Origin: a virus
Taxonomy: Duplodnaviria > Heunggongvirae > Uroviricota > Caudoviricetes
Virus record (IMG/VR): IMGVR_UViG_3300031963_006119
Reading direction: 5' to 3' (one strand)
Length of the DNA: 64,000 nt
Shown: positions 52,489 to 61,506 of the stretch, piece after piece
How positions within the stretch are numbered: position 1 is the stretch's first letter
Layout of the letters: every line of letters starts with the position of its first letter
Program-made: the position numbers and the translations under genes
The notes under the pieces: model-generated
The model's input: the letters and a program-made list of their open reading frames with translations, nothing else
The model's database searches: none
What the model was told of the DNA's origin: nothing

Positions 52489-53805
52489 ATGCGTACACAA
52501 CCCGAATACATTATTGGTGCTTTAGAAGATCACCCTAGCCGTCTTAATAAAGAAGGTATCCTCGAGTCGGCTATGGAAGAAGGACTAGACGAGTTCTTTG
52601 AAGGTGTACGTATGGCCTTGGATCCTCTTGTAACATTTGGCGTTAAGCAAGTACCAGAAGCTACTGTAGACGGGCAAGGACTTACTTGGGCTAATTTTAA
52701 AACACTTGCAGATCAACTTAATCGTAGAGAACTAACCGGTCATGCGGCACGTGATGCTATTAAACTATGCATGGACACAGCTACAGCATCACAGTGGAAT
52801 CGATTCTATCGACGCATCCTTATTAAGGATTTGCGTTGCGGTGTTTCGGAAAAGACTGTAAACAAGGTTGCTAAAAAATTCCCGCAGTACACAATTCCAA
52901 TCTTTGAATGTCAGCTTGCGCATGACTCAGCTAATCACGAAAAGAAGATGACTGGCAAGAAACAGATTGAAGTTAAACTAGACGGTGTTCGAGTCATTGC
53001 TGTAGTTCGTGTTGACGGCAGAGTCGAACTGTTTAGCCGCAATGGTAAAGAGTTTCATAACTTTGGACACATCGCAGACGAAATTTCTAAAGTAGTAAAA
53101 TTTAATCCGCCAGCTTATGACCTAGTGCTAGACGGCGAAGTAATGAGCGCCAGCTTTCAGGACCTAATGAAGCAGGTTCACCGTAAGGACAATGTTGCCG
53201 CAAGCGATGCAGTACTGCATCTGTTTGACATGTGTCCATTAGAGGATTTCCAAAAAGGTGTATGGGAAAAGCCACAGAGTGTCCGCAGTCAAATGGTTCA
53301 GGCTTGGGTTTCAAAACATGTGGCTTTTCTGCCACACGTCCAATGCTTAGACTGGGAAACTGTGGACTTAGACACCCCCGACGGACAAAAACGCTTTGTA
53401 GACCTGAATAAACGTGCTGTAGACGGTGGTTATGAGGGTGTTATGATCAAGGATGTTGATGCACCCTACGAGTGCAAGCGGAGCCACAGTTGGCTCAAAG
53501 CTAAACCATTTATAGAAGTAACATTAAGTATTACAGCCGTAGAAGAAGGAACCGGAAAAAATGAAGGAAGACTTGGGGCTTTTGTATGCAGTGGCGCGGA
53601 TGATGGGCGTGATATTAGGGTCAATGTTGGCAGTGGCTTTACGGATGATCAAAGATCCAGTTTTTGGACTAGTCGTAATGATCTTCTTAGTGCTTTGGTG
53701 GAAGTCCGTGCAGACGCCGTAACACAAAATCAAGACGGTACATATAGCCTTCGCTTTCCTAGGTTCAAAACTTTTAGAGGATTTGAAAAGGATGAAAAGT
53801 TATGA
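52489..53805 (+). CDS. ATP-dependent DNA ligase
   Basis: Adenylation motif I EVKLDGVR, 438 aa, OB-fold C-terminal region. Confidence 0.7.
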   Translation: MRTQPEYIIGALEDHPSRLNKEGILESAMEEGLDEFFEGVRMALDPLVTFGVKQVPEATVDGQGLTWANFKTLADQLNRRELTGHAARDAIKLCMDTATASQWNRFYRRILIKDLRCGVSEKTVNKVAKKFPQYTIPIFECQLAHDSANHEKKMTGKKQIEVKLDGVRVIAVVRVDGRVELFSRNGKEFHNFGHIADEISKVVKFNPPAYDLVLDGEVMSASFQDLMKQVHRKDNVAASDAVLHLFDMCPLEDFQKGVWEKPQSVRSQMVQAWVSKHVAFLPHVQCLDWETVDLDTPDGQKRFVDLNKRAVDGGYEGVMIKDVDAPYECKRSHSWLKAKPFIEVTLSITAVEEGTGKNEGRLGAFVCSGADDGRDIRVNVGSGFTDDQRSSFWTSRNDLLSALVEVRADAVTQNQDGTYSLRFPRFKTFRGFEKDEKL

Positions 53806-53967
53806 TAAAAATTGGCAGCAGATGGAAGACAGTTGACAACACATTTATAGTTATTGACGTAATAGAAAAAGAAGGAGACCCATGGGTCTATTATAAAAAC
53901 ATTAAAACACTACAAGAATATAACTGTCGCCAAGAAGCATTCGTAGGACGCTTCGGCGAAATAGTAA

Positions 53968-54201
53968 ATGAAAATTAATACAACACACAGTCAATTAAAA
54001 ACAATTAAACAAGGTGAGCCGGGCTTTATGCTCACTGACGGACTTGTAGTCGCACCAAGAGCAGGTTTTGAAATAAGTCAAAATTGTCCAGCTGAATATA
54101 AAAGTATTTTTATTACAGCAATTAATGCTGGCTGGATTAAACCCATAGCTAATGTCTATGCTCGAGATTTGACTTTCCAAGCATTAAAAGAATCGACGTG
54201 A
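53968..54201 (+). CDS. hypothetical small protein
   Basis: 77 aa. Confidence 0.35.
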   Translation: MKINTTHSQLKTIKQGEPGFMLTDGLVVAPRAGFEISQNCPAEYKSIFITAINAGWIKPIANVYARDLTFQALKEST

Positions 54202-54488
54202 CTTGGTTAGGACAACCTACTTATCATATAGTTGGCAATAACATAGAAGAACGGCGTAAAGTTCTTCTATACCAGTTTAGCATGGGCGATGTAGAAGACC
54301 CACAGCTATATGCCGCGTTTCCAATAAGTGAATGGCAAAAAACTGAAATTGGTCAGTGGTGTATGAAAAATGCCACAGACATAGAGTGGCACACAAACAT
54401 AGATCACCATTCATTGGGCTATAATGTAGTAATAACAGGTGTTCTCTCGGGCAAACATTTAACCTACTTTTTACTCAAAAAAGGTTGA
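54198..54488 (+). CDS. hypothetical small protein
   Basis: 96 aa. Confidence 0.35.
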   Translation: MTWLGQPTYHIVGNNIEERRKVLLYQFSMGDVEDPQLYAAFPISEWQKTEIGQWCMKNATDIEWHTNIDHHSLGYNVVITGVLSGKHLTYFLLKKG

Positions 54489-54543
54489 CTTCTTTTGGAT
54501 AAGCATATATACTAACGACTTACACAACTGTTAGGAGTAAAGC

Positions 54544-55833
54544 ATGGCAACCAAAGTCGGAATCAAAGTACCAAAAAAGAAAGCTCGGTTGGCGCCCACT
54601 GTACGCCAAGGATCCAAAATCAAAGGTCCTAGCTTTGAAGGTTGGGAAACTTGGCCAGGTGAACAGTATCACCGTGCTGTGCGTTCTGCTCGTGACTTTT
54701 ATTACGACAATTACAAGCCTGCAGATTTGCTACCAGAAGTTCTAGCATGGATGAAAGAAAATGGTTACAAGGCTGACGAAATCAAAAGTGTAAAAGCCGC
54801 TGGTGTAAACATTACCGTTTGCATCTACTGCAAACTGCTTCGTAATGGTATGCCTGACTACAATAAAGTACACGACGAGTTTTGGCAAGGCCTTTCTGGA
54901 ACTATGGGTCCAATTAAACCTGTTACTGATTATATTAAAACTGCCCTTGAACTAGCAATAGTTGGAGGCAAATCGATTGTGGTCCAAGAAGCCAAGGCTG
55001 AAAAAGTCAAAGCAAATACCTATACTCCTACTATTCAAGAACGTATTACAGAGCAAGCTCAAAAAGCTGCCGAAGATATCGATAATTGGCTTGAAGGATT
55101 TGTTGAAGATCGCAAAAACTTTAATCCAAAAGGTTTTGATTTTAAGGCTCACTTTAGTAAAATGGGCGTGACACAAGCACACGCTCGCAAATTGGTTGGC
55201 TTTTATCAAAAGGAATTGGAAGAGTTTCGTTCGCTCCAAAACTTACCCACAGCGGCACAACTCAAAAAAATGGATGCTAGAGAAGCAGATCATGTAGAGC
55301 AACTAAAAGAAGCCTACAGTCACCTTGCTAAGAAGGATGTCTCTAACTACATTGCGGCTCTAGAAACGCTTGTAGACGCTTGTACGCTTATCGTAGACAC
55401 CAGCAAAGCTACACGCAAACCTCGTACAGCAAAGCCTAAGTCGGCTGATAAATTGGTTGCTAAACTCAAATATATGAAAGTGGATCAAAAGTACAGTTTG
55501 GCATCCATTAACCCTACAGATATTGTGGGTGCAAATGAACTTTGGGTGTTCAATGTAAAGACTCGCAAGTTGGGCAAATATATTGCGTCTAGCATTGATC
55601 CAACTGGTATGGGCAGAAATGGGAGTGGACTTACAGTCAAAGGTACTACTGTTGAAGGATTTGATCCAGTAAAGAGTATCCAAAAAACTTTGCGTAAACC
55701 AGAAGAACAAATCAAAGCATTTAAAGCTGCCGGTAAGGTTGTATTGCGTAAGTTTTTAGAAGACATCAATACTACAGATACGATCATGAACGGACGTATT
55801 AATAGTGATACTATACTACTTAAAGTAGCATAA
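54544..55833 (+). CDS. hypothetical protein
   Basis: RBS AGGAGTAAAGCATG; 429 aa. Confidence 0.5.
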   Translation: MATKVGIKVPKKKARLAPTVRQGSKIKGPSFEGWETWPGEQYHRAVRSARDFYYDNYKPADLLPEVLAWMKENGYKADEIKSVKAAGVNITVCIYCKLLRNGMPDYNKVHDEFWQGLSGTMGPIKPVTDYIKTALELAIVGGKSIVVQEAKAEKVKANTYTPTIQERITEQAQKAAEDIDNWLEGFVEDRKNFNPKGFDFKAHFSKMGVTQAHARKLVGFYQKELEEFRSLQNLPTAAQLKKMDAREADHVEQLKEAYSHLAKKDVSNYIAALETLVDACTLIVDTSKATRKPRTAKPKSADKLVAKLKYMKVDQKYSLASINPTDIVGANELWVFNVKTRKLGKYIASSIDPTGMGRNGSGLTVKGTTVEGFDPVKSIQKTLRKPEEQIKAFKAAGKVVLRKFLEDINTTDTIMNGRINSDTILLKVA

Positions 55834-55852
55834 ACCCGCTCATACATGTATC

Positions 55853-56968
55853 TTGATAAATACATGTATGAGCACAAACAATCCTAACATTCACGATATA
55901 CTAAAGAGTCTCGGCGATGCTATCGACGGGATTTCTAAACGCGAAGTCCAAAAGACTAAAATTTTCGATAGAGAATTAAGCGGCGACAAAATTAACGGTG
56001 GTATGATTACCAACTTTGCAAGTGTCGGTATTAAAGATACTGCTACAAAGGCAATTTTACGAGTAGCAGATGACGGTATTCGAGTTGATGTAGTTCATAC
56101 AAATGTTGTTGCTTGTCCGTTAACTGTTAAAGGAAACTTAACAGTTGAGGGCGAAATACATGCCCGTAAACTACACGTTGACGAAGTATCAGCGGACATA
56201 AGATATGAAAGAACAAGTCCGCTAGAATTTAAAGGCGAAGACGGTTCATTAGCATATGGTAAGGGACTTATTTGGACAGGTGGTAGTTACACTAAACAAT
56301 TTGTTCTACAGCCAAAGCCGGATCGATTTTTTAGCTCAGAATCTATTGACCTGTTCAAAGACAAATACTACTCTATATCAGGTCTACCAGTGTTAACACA
56401 AACTGAGCTAGGCACTAGTGTTGTTAAAAGTAATCTAAAACAAATAGGTACATTAGACGAGCTTCGTGTTGCAGGCAACGTGGTAGTGGACGAATTTTTA
56501 TTCTGGGATGCTGACACACAACGTTTAGGTTTAGGAACAGATGCACCTAACGGTGCTATTAGTATTATGAGTTGGGATCACGAATTTGTAATTGATCCTA
56601 CTGAAGATAAGAAATTTAAAATAGGCACATGGACTACAACTGCACTAGAAATTATCACAGACGATTCTACTAGGATTGATATTGCACACAATGGTGTTGT
56701 AACTTTTTACGAAAAAGTTGTGTTAAAGCATAAGCTAGGTGTAGGTGTTAAGAACTTTGCTGAGGATGCTGATATCACTACAGCAGGTCCTGTGCGATTC
56801 CAAGATAAAAAGTTTGAAGTAGGTACAGAGATTCCTACAGCAGGTACTTACAAAAAAGGTGATATAGTATGGGACGCAAATCCTCAAGCTGGAGGGTATA
56901 CTGGTTGGATCTGTATACGTGAAGGCACGCCAGGTGTGTGGAAACCATTTGGTCAAATTTCTGTTTAA
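55853..56968 (+). CDS. hypothetical protein (possible virion/structural)
   Basis: 371 aa, beta-rich Gly/Thr/Val composition. Confidence 0.4.
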   Translation: MINTCMSTNNPNIHDILKSLGDAIDGISKREVQKTKIFDRELSGDKINGGMITNFASVGIKDTATKAILRVADDGIRVDVVHTNVVACPLTVKGNLTVEGEIHARKLHVDEVSADIRYERTSPLEFKGEDGSLAYGKGLIWTGGSYTKQFVLQPKPDRFFSSESIDLFKDKYYSISGLPVLTQTELGTSVVKSNLKQIGTLDELRVAGNVVVDEFLFWDADTQRLGLGTDAPNGAISIMSWDHEFVIDPTEDKKFKIGTWTTTALEIITDDSTRIDIAHNGVVTFYEKVVLKHKLGVGVKNFAEDADITTAGPVRFQDKKFEVGTEIPTAGTYKKGDIVWDANPQAGGYTGWICIREGTPGVWKPFGQISV

Positions 56969-56980
56969 TCAAACAATTTT

Positions 56981-57577
56981 ATGTGGGTCTTTGGCAACGG
57001 CGAAAGTCGTAAACATATTGATCTAGATCGTCTTAAAGGTTATAAGATAGGGTGTAACGCTATAATGCGTGACCATGAAGTAGACTATCTAGTATGTGTT
57101 GACAGACGTATGGTCAACGAAGCAATTAAAGATAATATAAACGAGACTACATTAGTTTATACTAGAAAAGACTGGTATGGCGATTATCGACATTTAAAAA
57201 ATGTTAGAGAAGTTCCAGATATTCCATACGAGTCTGTGATACGAGCCGATGAGCCGTTTCAATGGGGCAGTGGCCCTTATGCTGTGTTACTTGCGGCAAA
57301 ATTATCTAAAGAACGTTCTGTTAGTCTAGTAGGCTTTGATTTATACAGTGACAATAAACTTGTAAATAATTTATACAAAGACACACAGGGCTATGATGAA
57401 GCATCAAAGTCCGCAGTCGATCCACGCTATTGGATACACCAAATAGGCAAAGTTTTTGAACATTTTTCAAAAGTAAATTTTACAGTCTATCGTCCGCTTA
57501 ATTGGGAGACTCCCAAAGCCTGGATTAAATCTAACGTTGAGGTTGACAAGATAAGTAACATATACTATAATACATAG
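56981..57577 (+). CDS. hypothetical protein
   Basis: 198 aa. Confidence 0.4.
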   Translation: MWVFGNGESRKHIDLDRLKGYKIGCNAIMRDHEVDYLVCVDRRMVNEAIKDNINETTLVYTRKDWYGDYRHLKNVREVPDIPYESVIRADEPFQWGSGPYAVLLAAKLSKERSVSLVGFDLYSDNKLVNNLYKDTQGYDEASKSAVDPRYWIHQIGKVFEHFSKVNFTVYRPLNWETPKAWIKSNVEVDKISNIYYNT

Positions 57578-57629
57578 TATACTATACAGTGGTCTTTTAA
57601 TGACGTTCACCCCACTTTAAATACTCTGC

Positions 57630-58193
57630 ATGTCATCAAACTTGCTACCTACAAAAAGGAGACTAGAGATGGCAAAATATCTTTCAACAAAAACTTATGG
57701 CAATGACAGAGGTCTGTCATGTTGCTTTAGACAATGGCGTAGTACACATTCACACTGTTCGTTACTACACGGATACTCAATTGGTATCAAATTAATCTTT
57801 GAATCAAAAACACTAGATGATCGCAACTGGGTTATGGACTTTGGTGGACTCAAAGCATTCAAAGAGTGGAGTGAATGGCAATTTGATCACACTACTGTTA
57901 TGGCTTTAGATGATCCTCATCTCCCAAAGTTTAAGGAACTTGCTAAGTTGGGTAAACAAGCTGAAGGCGGTGTATTGGATTTGCGTCTAGTAGAAGCTGT
58001 TGGATGCGAAAAATTTGCTGAACTGGCATATCGCACAATGAATGAAATACTAGAAGCATACAAAGAAGGTCGTGCTTGGACTCATCCAGACGGAAGAGTA
58101 TTTGAAGCACGGTATCCTGTTGGTGCTGGTGTTCGTCTACGTTCAGTTGAAGTGTTTGAACACGCTGGTAACTCTGCTACTTATGAGGGTTAA
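57630..58193 (+). CDS. queD: 6-pyruvoyl-tetrahydropterin synthase / QueD-like protein
   Basis: RQWRSTHSHCSLLHGYS and WVMDFGGLKAF blocks parallel QueD/PTPS (H..H..C..LHGHS, W.IDF..LK). Confidence 0.55.
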   Translation: MSSNLLPTKRRLEMAKYLSTKTYGNDRGLSCCFRQWRSTHSHCSLLHGYSIGIKLIFESKTLDDRNWVMDFGGLKAFKEWSEWQFDHTTVMALDDPHLPKFKELAKLGKQAEGGVLDLRLVEAVGCEKFAELAYRTMNEILEAYKEGRAWTHPDGRVFEARYPVGAGVRLRSVEVFEHAGNSATYEG

Positions 58194-58195
58194 AA

Positions 58196-59026
58196 TTGCC
58201 AAAGATTGACAAAGGTCAATATACTAAAGAAGAATGGCGTAAGATAAAAGAACAGAGGCATTTAGAAAAACAAAAGCCTCAAGAAATTATTACGCCTAAT
58301 TTAGTTACCCATGAAGATAGTCTAAAAAATTATCTTCTTTGTTTAAAACACGGCACAAAATACGGTCCAGAATATGTAAACAAACTCTACAACATGGTTA
58401 AGAGAAACTGTAGTTTAGACTACGAGTTTGTTTGTTTAACAGATAACGCTAATGGACTAGATCCAAGAATAAAAACAATACCTTTGCCCGCCAACTTACA
58501 AGGATGGTGGTGTAAACCTTATATGTACAGTAAAGAGTTGCCTATTAATGGCACAATACTTTACATGGATTTAGATGTAGTAATAGCAAGTAATATAGAT
58601 AAACTTTTTACCTACCAACCTAATCACTGGTGTACTATTAGAGATTTTACCAGAGCTATGCGCCCAAGTTGGAAAAAATATAATAGCAGTGTAGTTCGAT
58701 TTAAAACTGGCCAGCTAGATTATGTCTGGACAGGATTCCGAGAAAATCAACACGATATTCAAAGAAGACTACATGGCGATCAAGATTGGTTATTTGAAGC
58801 TACACAAAAAAATCAAGCAATGCTGTATCCGGACAGTTGGATACTAAGTTGGAAATGGGAAGTTAGACGTACTAAAGAATTTGATTATGGCAGCACTAAA
58901 GGAAATCGAAAATTTAAACAGATAGAAGATGTAAAACCAAGGATTGAATGTTGTGTAACAGTATTTCACGGAGACCCAAATCCTCATAATTGTGAAGACC
59001 CTTGGGTGGTTGACAACTGGCGCTAA
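58196..59026 (+). CDS. hypothetical protein
   Basis: 276 aa, Trp/Cys-rich. Confidence 0.45.
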   Translation: MPKIDKGQYTKEEWRKIKEQRHLEKQKPQEIITPNLVTHEDSLKNYLLCLKHGTKYGPEYVNKLYNMVKRNCSLDYEFVCLTDNANGLDPRIKTIPLPANLQGWWCKPYMYSKELPINGTILYMDLDVVIASNIDKLFTYQPNHWCTIRDFTRAMRPSWKKYNSSVVRFKTGQLDYVWTGFRENQHDIQRRLHGDQDWLFEATQKNQAMLYPDSWILSWKWEVRRTKEFDYGSTKGNRKFKQIEDVKPRIECCVTVFHGDPNPHNCEDPWVVDNWR

Positions 59027-59043
59027 ATCTAGTATAATAACTT

Positions 59044-60144
59044 ATGAAAAAACGTATCGGCTTTGCTTGCAAATATATGTACCCTGATCGAACTCAAAAG
59101 AAAAAACTTTTGGAAGAAATTCAGAGACCACTAAATACTCGGTCAACTACTGTACAATGGTTGAACAGACAAACTAAGGCTGTAGCAGAACAGCGGCTTT
59201 GGGAAATTATGGAGCACAATATTGCTTCGTATAGGAGACTTATAGAATATGTTGGACGTTTGCCGCAAGATCTTAGAATGGTTAGACTGGGTAGCGATTG
59301 CCTTCCTGTGTACACTGAGCCGACTTGGGGGTACTATTGGAAGTTACCAGACGTTAGAGCATATTGTGAAAGAGAGTTTGCCTTGGTGGGCGAAACGGCT
59401 CGTAGGCTTGATGTGCGTGTGTCTATGCATCCTGGCCAGTTTACTGTGTTGGCATCTGAGTCAGATGACATTGTTAATCGATCAATAGAGGAGTTTGAAT
59501 ATCATGCAGATATGGCCCGTTGGATGGGGTTCGGCAAACAATTTCAGGACTTTAAAATCAATGTCCACATCGCGGGTCGCAGAGGTCCAGCCGGTATTAT
59601 CAGCGCACTTGGGCGTCTCTCACCAGAGGCGCGAAACTGTATTACTATCGAAAACGACGAAATGTCTTGGGGAATCGACGCCTCTCTCGAACTATCAAAG
59701 CATCTCGCTTTGGTGCTAGACATACATCATCATTGGATTAATTCTGGAGAATATATTGAAGCTACTGACGACCGTTTTAAAAGGATTATTGATAGCTGGC
59801 GTGGTGTTCGGCCTGTTATACATTATAGTGTTTCACGGGAAGACTGCCTTATTGGCCATTCCAAACACCAGCGCCCCGATCTTTGGACGCTACTAGAAAA
59901 CGGATACAAGAAAGCTAAACTTAGAGCACACAGCGATTACATGTGGAATGACGCTGTAAATGATTGGGCTCTTACATTCCGTGAATATGCAGATATTATG
60001 GTTGAATCTAAATGTAAGAATTTAGCAACATTGGACTTATATAACTATGCCAATACCAATGCAAGTATTAAGAATGAGTACGGATTCTTGGATGTTCAAC
60101 AAGCGCAGGATAGGGCATCAGCAGAAACTGTGCTTATTGCCTAG
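59044..60144 (+). CDS. uvdE: UV damage endonuclease UvdE/UvsE
   Basis: RIGFACKYM start, SMHPGQFTVLAS, NVHIAG, TIENDE, LDIHHH blocks match UvdE TIM-barrel motifs. Confidence 0.7.
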   Translation: MKKRIGFACKYMYPDRTQKKKLLEEIQRPLNTRSTTVQWLNRQTKAVAEQRLWEIMEHNIASYRRLIEYVGRLPQDLRMVRLGSDCLPVYTEPTWGYYWKLPDVRAYCEREFALVGETARRLDVRVSMHPGQFTVLASESDDIVNRSIEEFEYHADMARWMGFGKQFQDFKINVHIAGRRGPAGIISALGRLSPEARNCITIENDEMSWGIDASLELSKHLALVLDIHHHWINSGEYIEATDDRFKRIIDSWRGVRPVIHYSVSREDCLIGHSKHQRPDLWTLLENGYKKAKLRAHSDYMWNDAVNDWALTFREYADIMVESKCKNLATLDLYNYANTNASIKNEYGFLDVQQAQDRASAETVLIA

Positions 60145-60293
60145 GCGCTGTTATCTAAGTAATAAGTTTTTGTGGCTTAAACGCTGTGAAGTAATTACTA
60201 GTATGATAACTGGCCCTGGTGAATCTATTTTTGAAACGTATTGGTGTGACCCTAAAGAATTTCTACTCAACGAATTGAAACGGTAAATACAAT

Positions 60294-60581
60294 ATGAACT
60301 ACTTAACCAAAATGTACGGTCGCACATCAAGCGTAGTACCTAAAACTTCAGACAAAAATCCTAACCGAGTTGCCGGCGGGCTTCGTGGTCAAGGTGTAGA
60401 CACATTTACTATGCTAGGAGAAGATGGTATAGAAAAGCGTATTCCTACTCATGCTTATGTGCAGAGTCTGGAAGAGCAGATAAGAAAACAGCGAGCAGCC
60501 ATCGATGTATTAGATCGAAAGCTAGCTCGCCAAGATAGTGCAATTCAAACTATAGAAAGTTTGTTGCGCTCGCGTAATTAA
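60294..60581 (+). CDS. hypothetical small protein
   Basis: 95 aa. Confidence 0.4.
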   Translation: MNYLTKMYGRTSSVVPKTSDKNPNRVAGGLRGQGVDTFTMLGEDGIEKRIPTHAYVQSLEEQIRKQRAAIDVLDRKLARQDSAIQTIESLLRSRN

Positions 60582-60901
60582 GCACTAGTTTTCGGCTTAC
60601 GGCCACGTGTTGAAGCAGTCTTAGTGGCTGCTTTTTTAACGGTTGCCTTTGCTTTGGTTGCAGTCTTCTTAACGGCTGCTTTTGCTTTAGTCGCTACAAC
60701 TTTTACATCAGCTACATCAACTTTACCGTCTTTGTTAGCATCTGCAACTTCTGCAACAGCTTCAACAGTCTTTTCAACTGCGGCTTTCGCATCAGCTAAA
60801 TCAACTTTTCCGTCTTGATTGACATCAATACCAGTTTTACGATTTGCGTACCAAATCGCTGTACCAGCTACTACAACTATAATTGCAATTATAATTTCCA
60901 T
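60578..60901 (-). CDS. membrane-anchored protein with two EF-hand/dockerin-like DxNxDGxVD motifs and Lys/Ala-rich tail (opposite strand)
   Basis: N-terminal TM IIIAIIVVVAGTAIW; DVNQDGKVDLAD and DANKDGKVDVAD; tail KAKAAVKKTATKAKATVKKAATK. Confidence 0.5.
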   Translation of the reverse strand: MEIIIAIIVVVAGTAIWYANRKTGIDVNQDGKVDLADAKAAVEKTVEAVAEVADANKDGKVDVADVKVVATKAKAAVKKTATKAKATVKKAATKTASTRGRKPKTSA

Positions 60902-61132
60902 GTTAAAATACCTCCTTAAGGTCTTTTATTTAACTAAATACAAATAACTGGAGATTAAATTATGGCAGGACTATACAGCGGAAGTTTAAAATTGGATCGT
61001 GTAACAGGAATTAGACACGACAAAGGTCAATACATGACTTACGTTCCTGTTAAGAAAGATACTACTAAACTTCAAGAATCACCTAAAGGTATGAAAATAA
61101 CCCCTAACGTCACTAGTGACGGACTTAAAAAA

Positions 61133-61420
61133 TCATAACTTACTAATATCTAAACTAGAGCTAGCAGGTAAATCCCATACCTGCTTTTTTTGTACTCCGC
61201 GTTTCTGAGCAAATCTTTTAGCATCACATTTTGAGCAAACATGGAAATAGTTGTTGCTCAACCTCTTTGGATCCATACTTCCTTTTTCTCTTGAAAATTC
61301 CGTATCACAACTATCGCACCGAAATAGAGCATAAGTTCGTTCCCTGTCATACAGATGCTCAACACCCAGTTTACTTTTACGAGTGTGTTGTGTTTTTTCA
61401 ATTCTAGTGCCAATGAACAT
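61133..61420 (-). CDS. hypothetical zinc-ribbon protein (opposite strand)
   Basis: CDSCDT...CSKCD; followed on - strand by hairpin/T-run. Confidence 0.4.
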   Translation of the reverse strand: MFIGTRIEKTQHTRKSKLGVEHLYDRERTYALFRCDSCDTEFSREKGSMDPKRLSNNYFHVCSKCDAKRFAQKRGVQKKQVWDLPASSSLDISKL

Positions 61421-61506
61421 ATACTATTTACATTAAGATTATAAAATTTTACGATAAATAATTGAGCAGGAAAGAAATCCTGCTACATCTAATATCGGAG
61501 TAAAGT

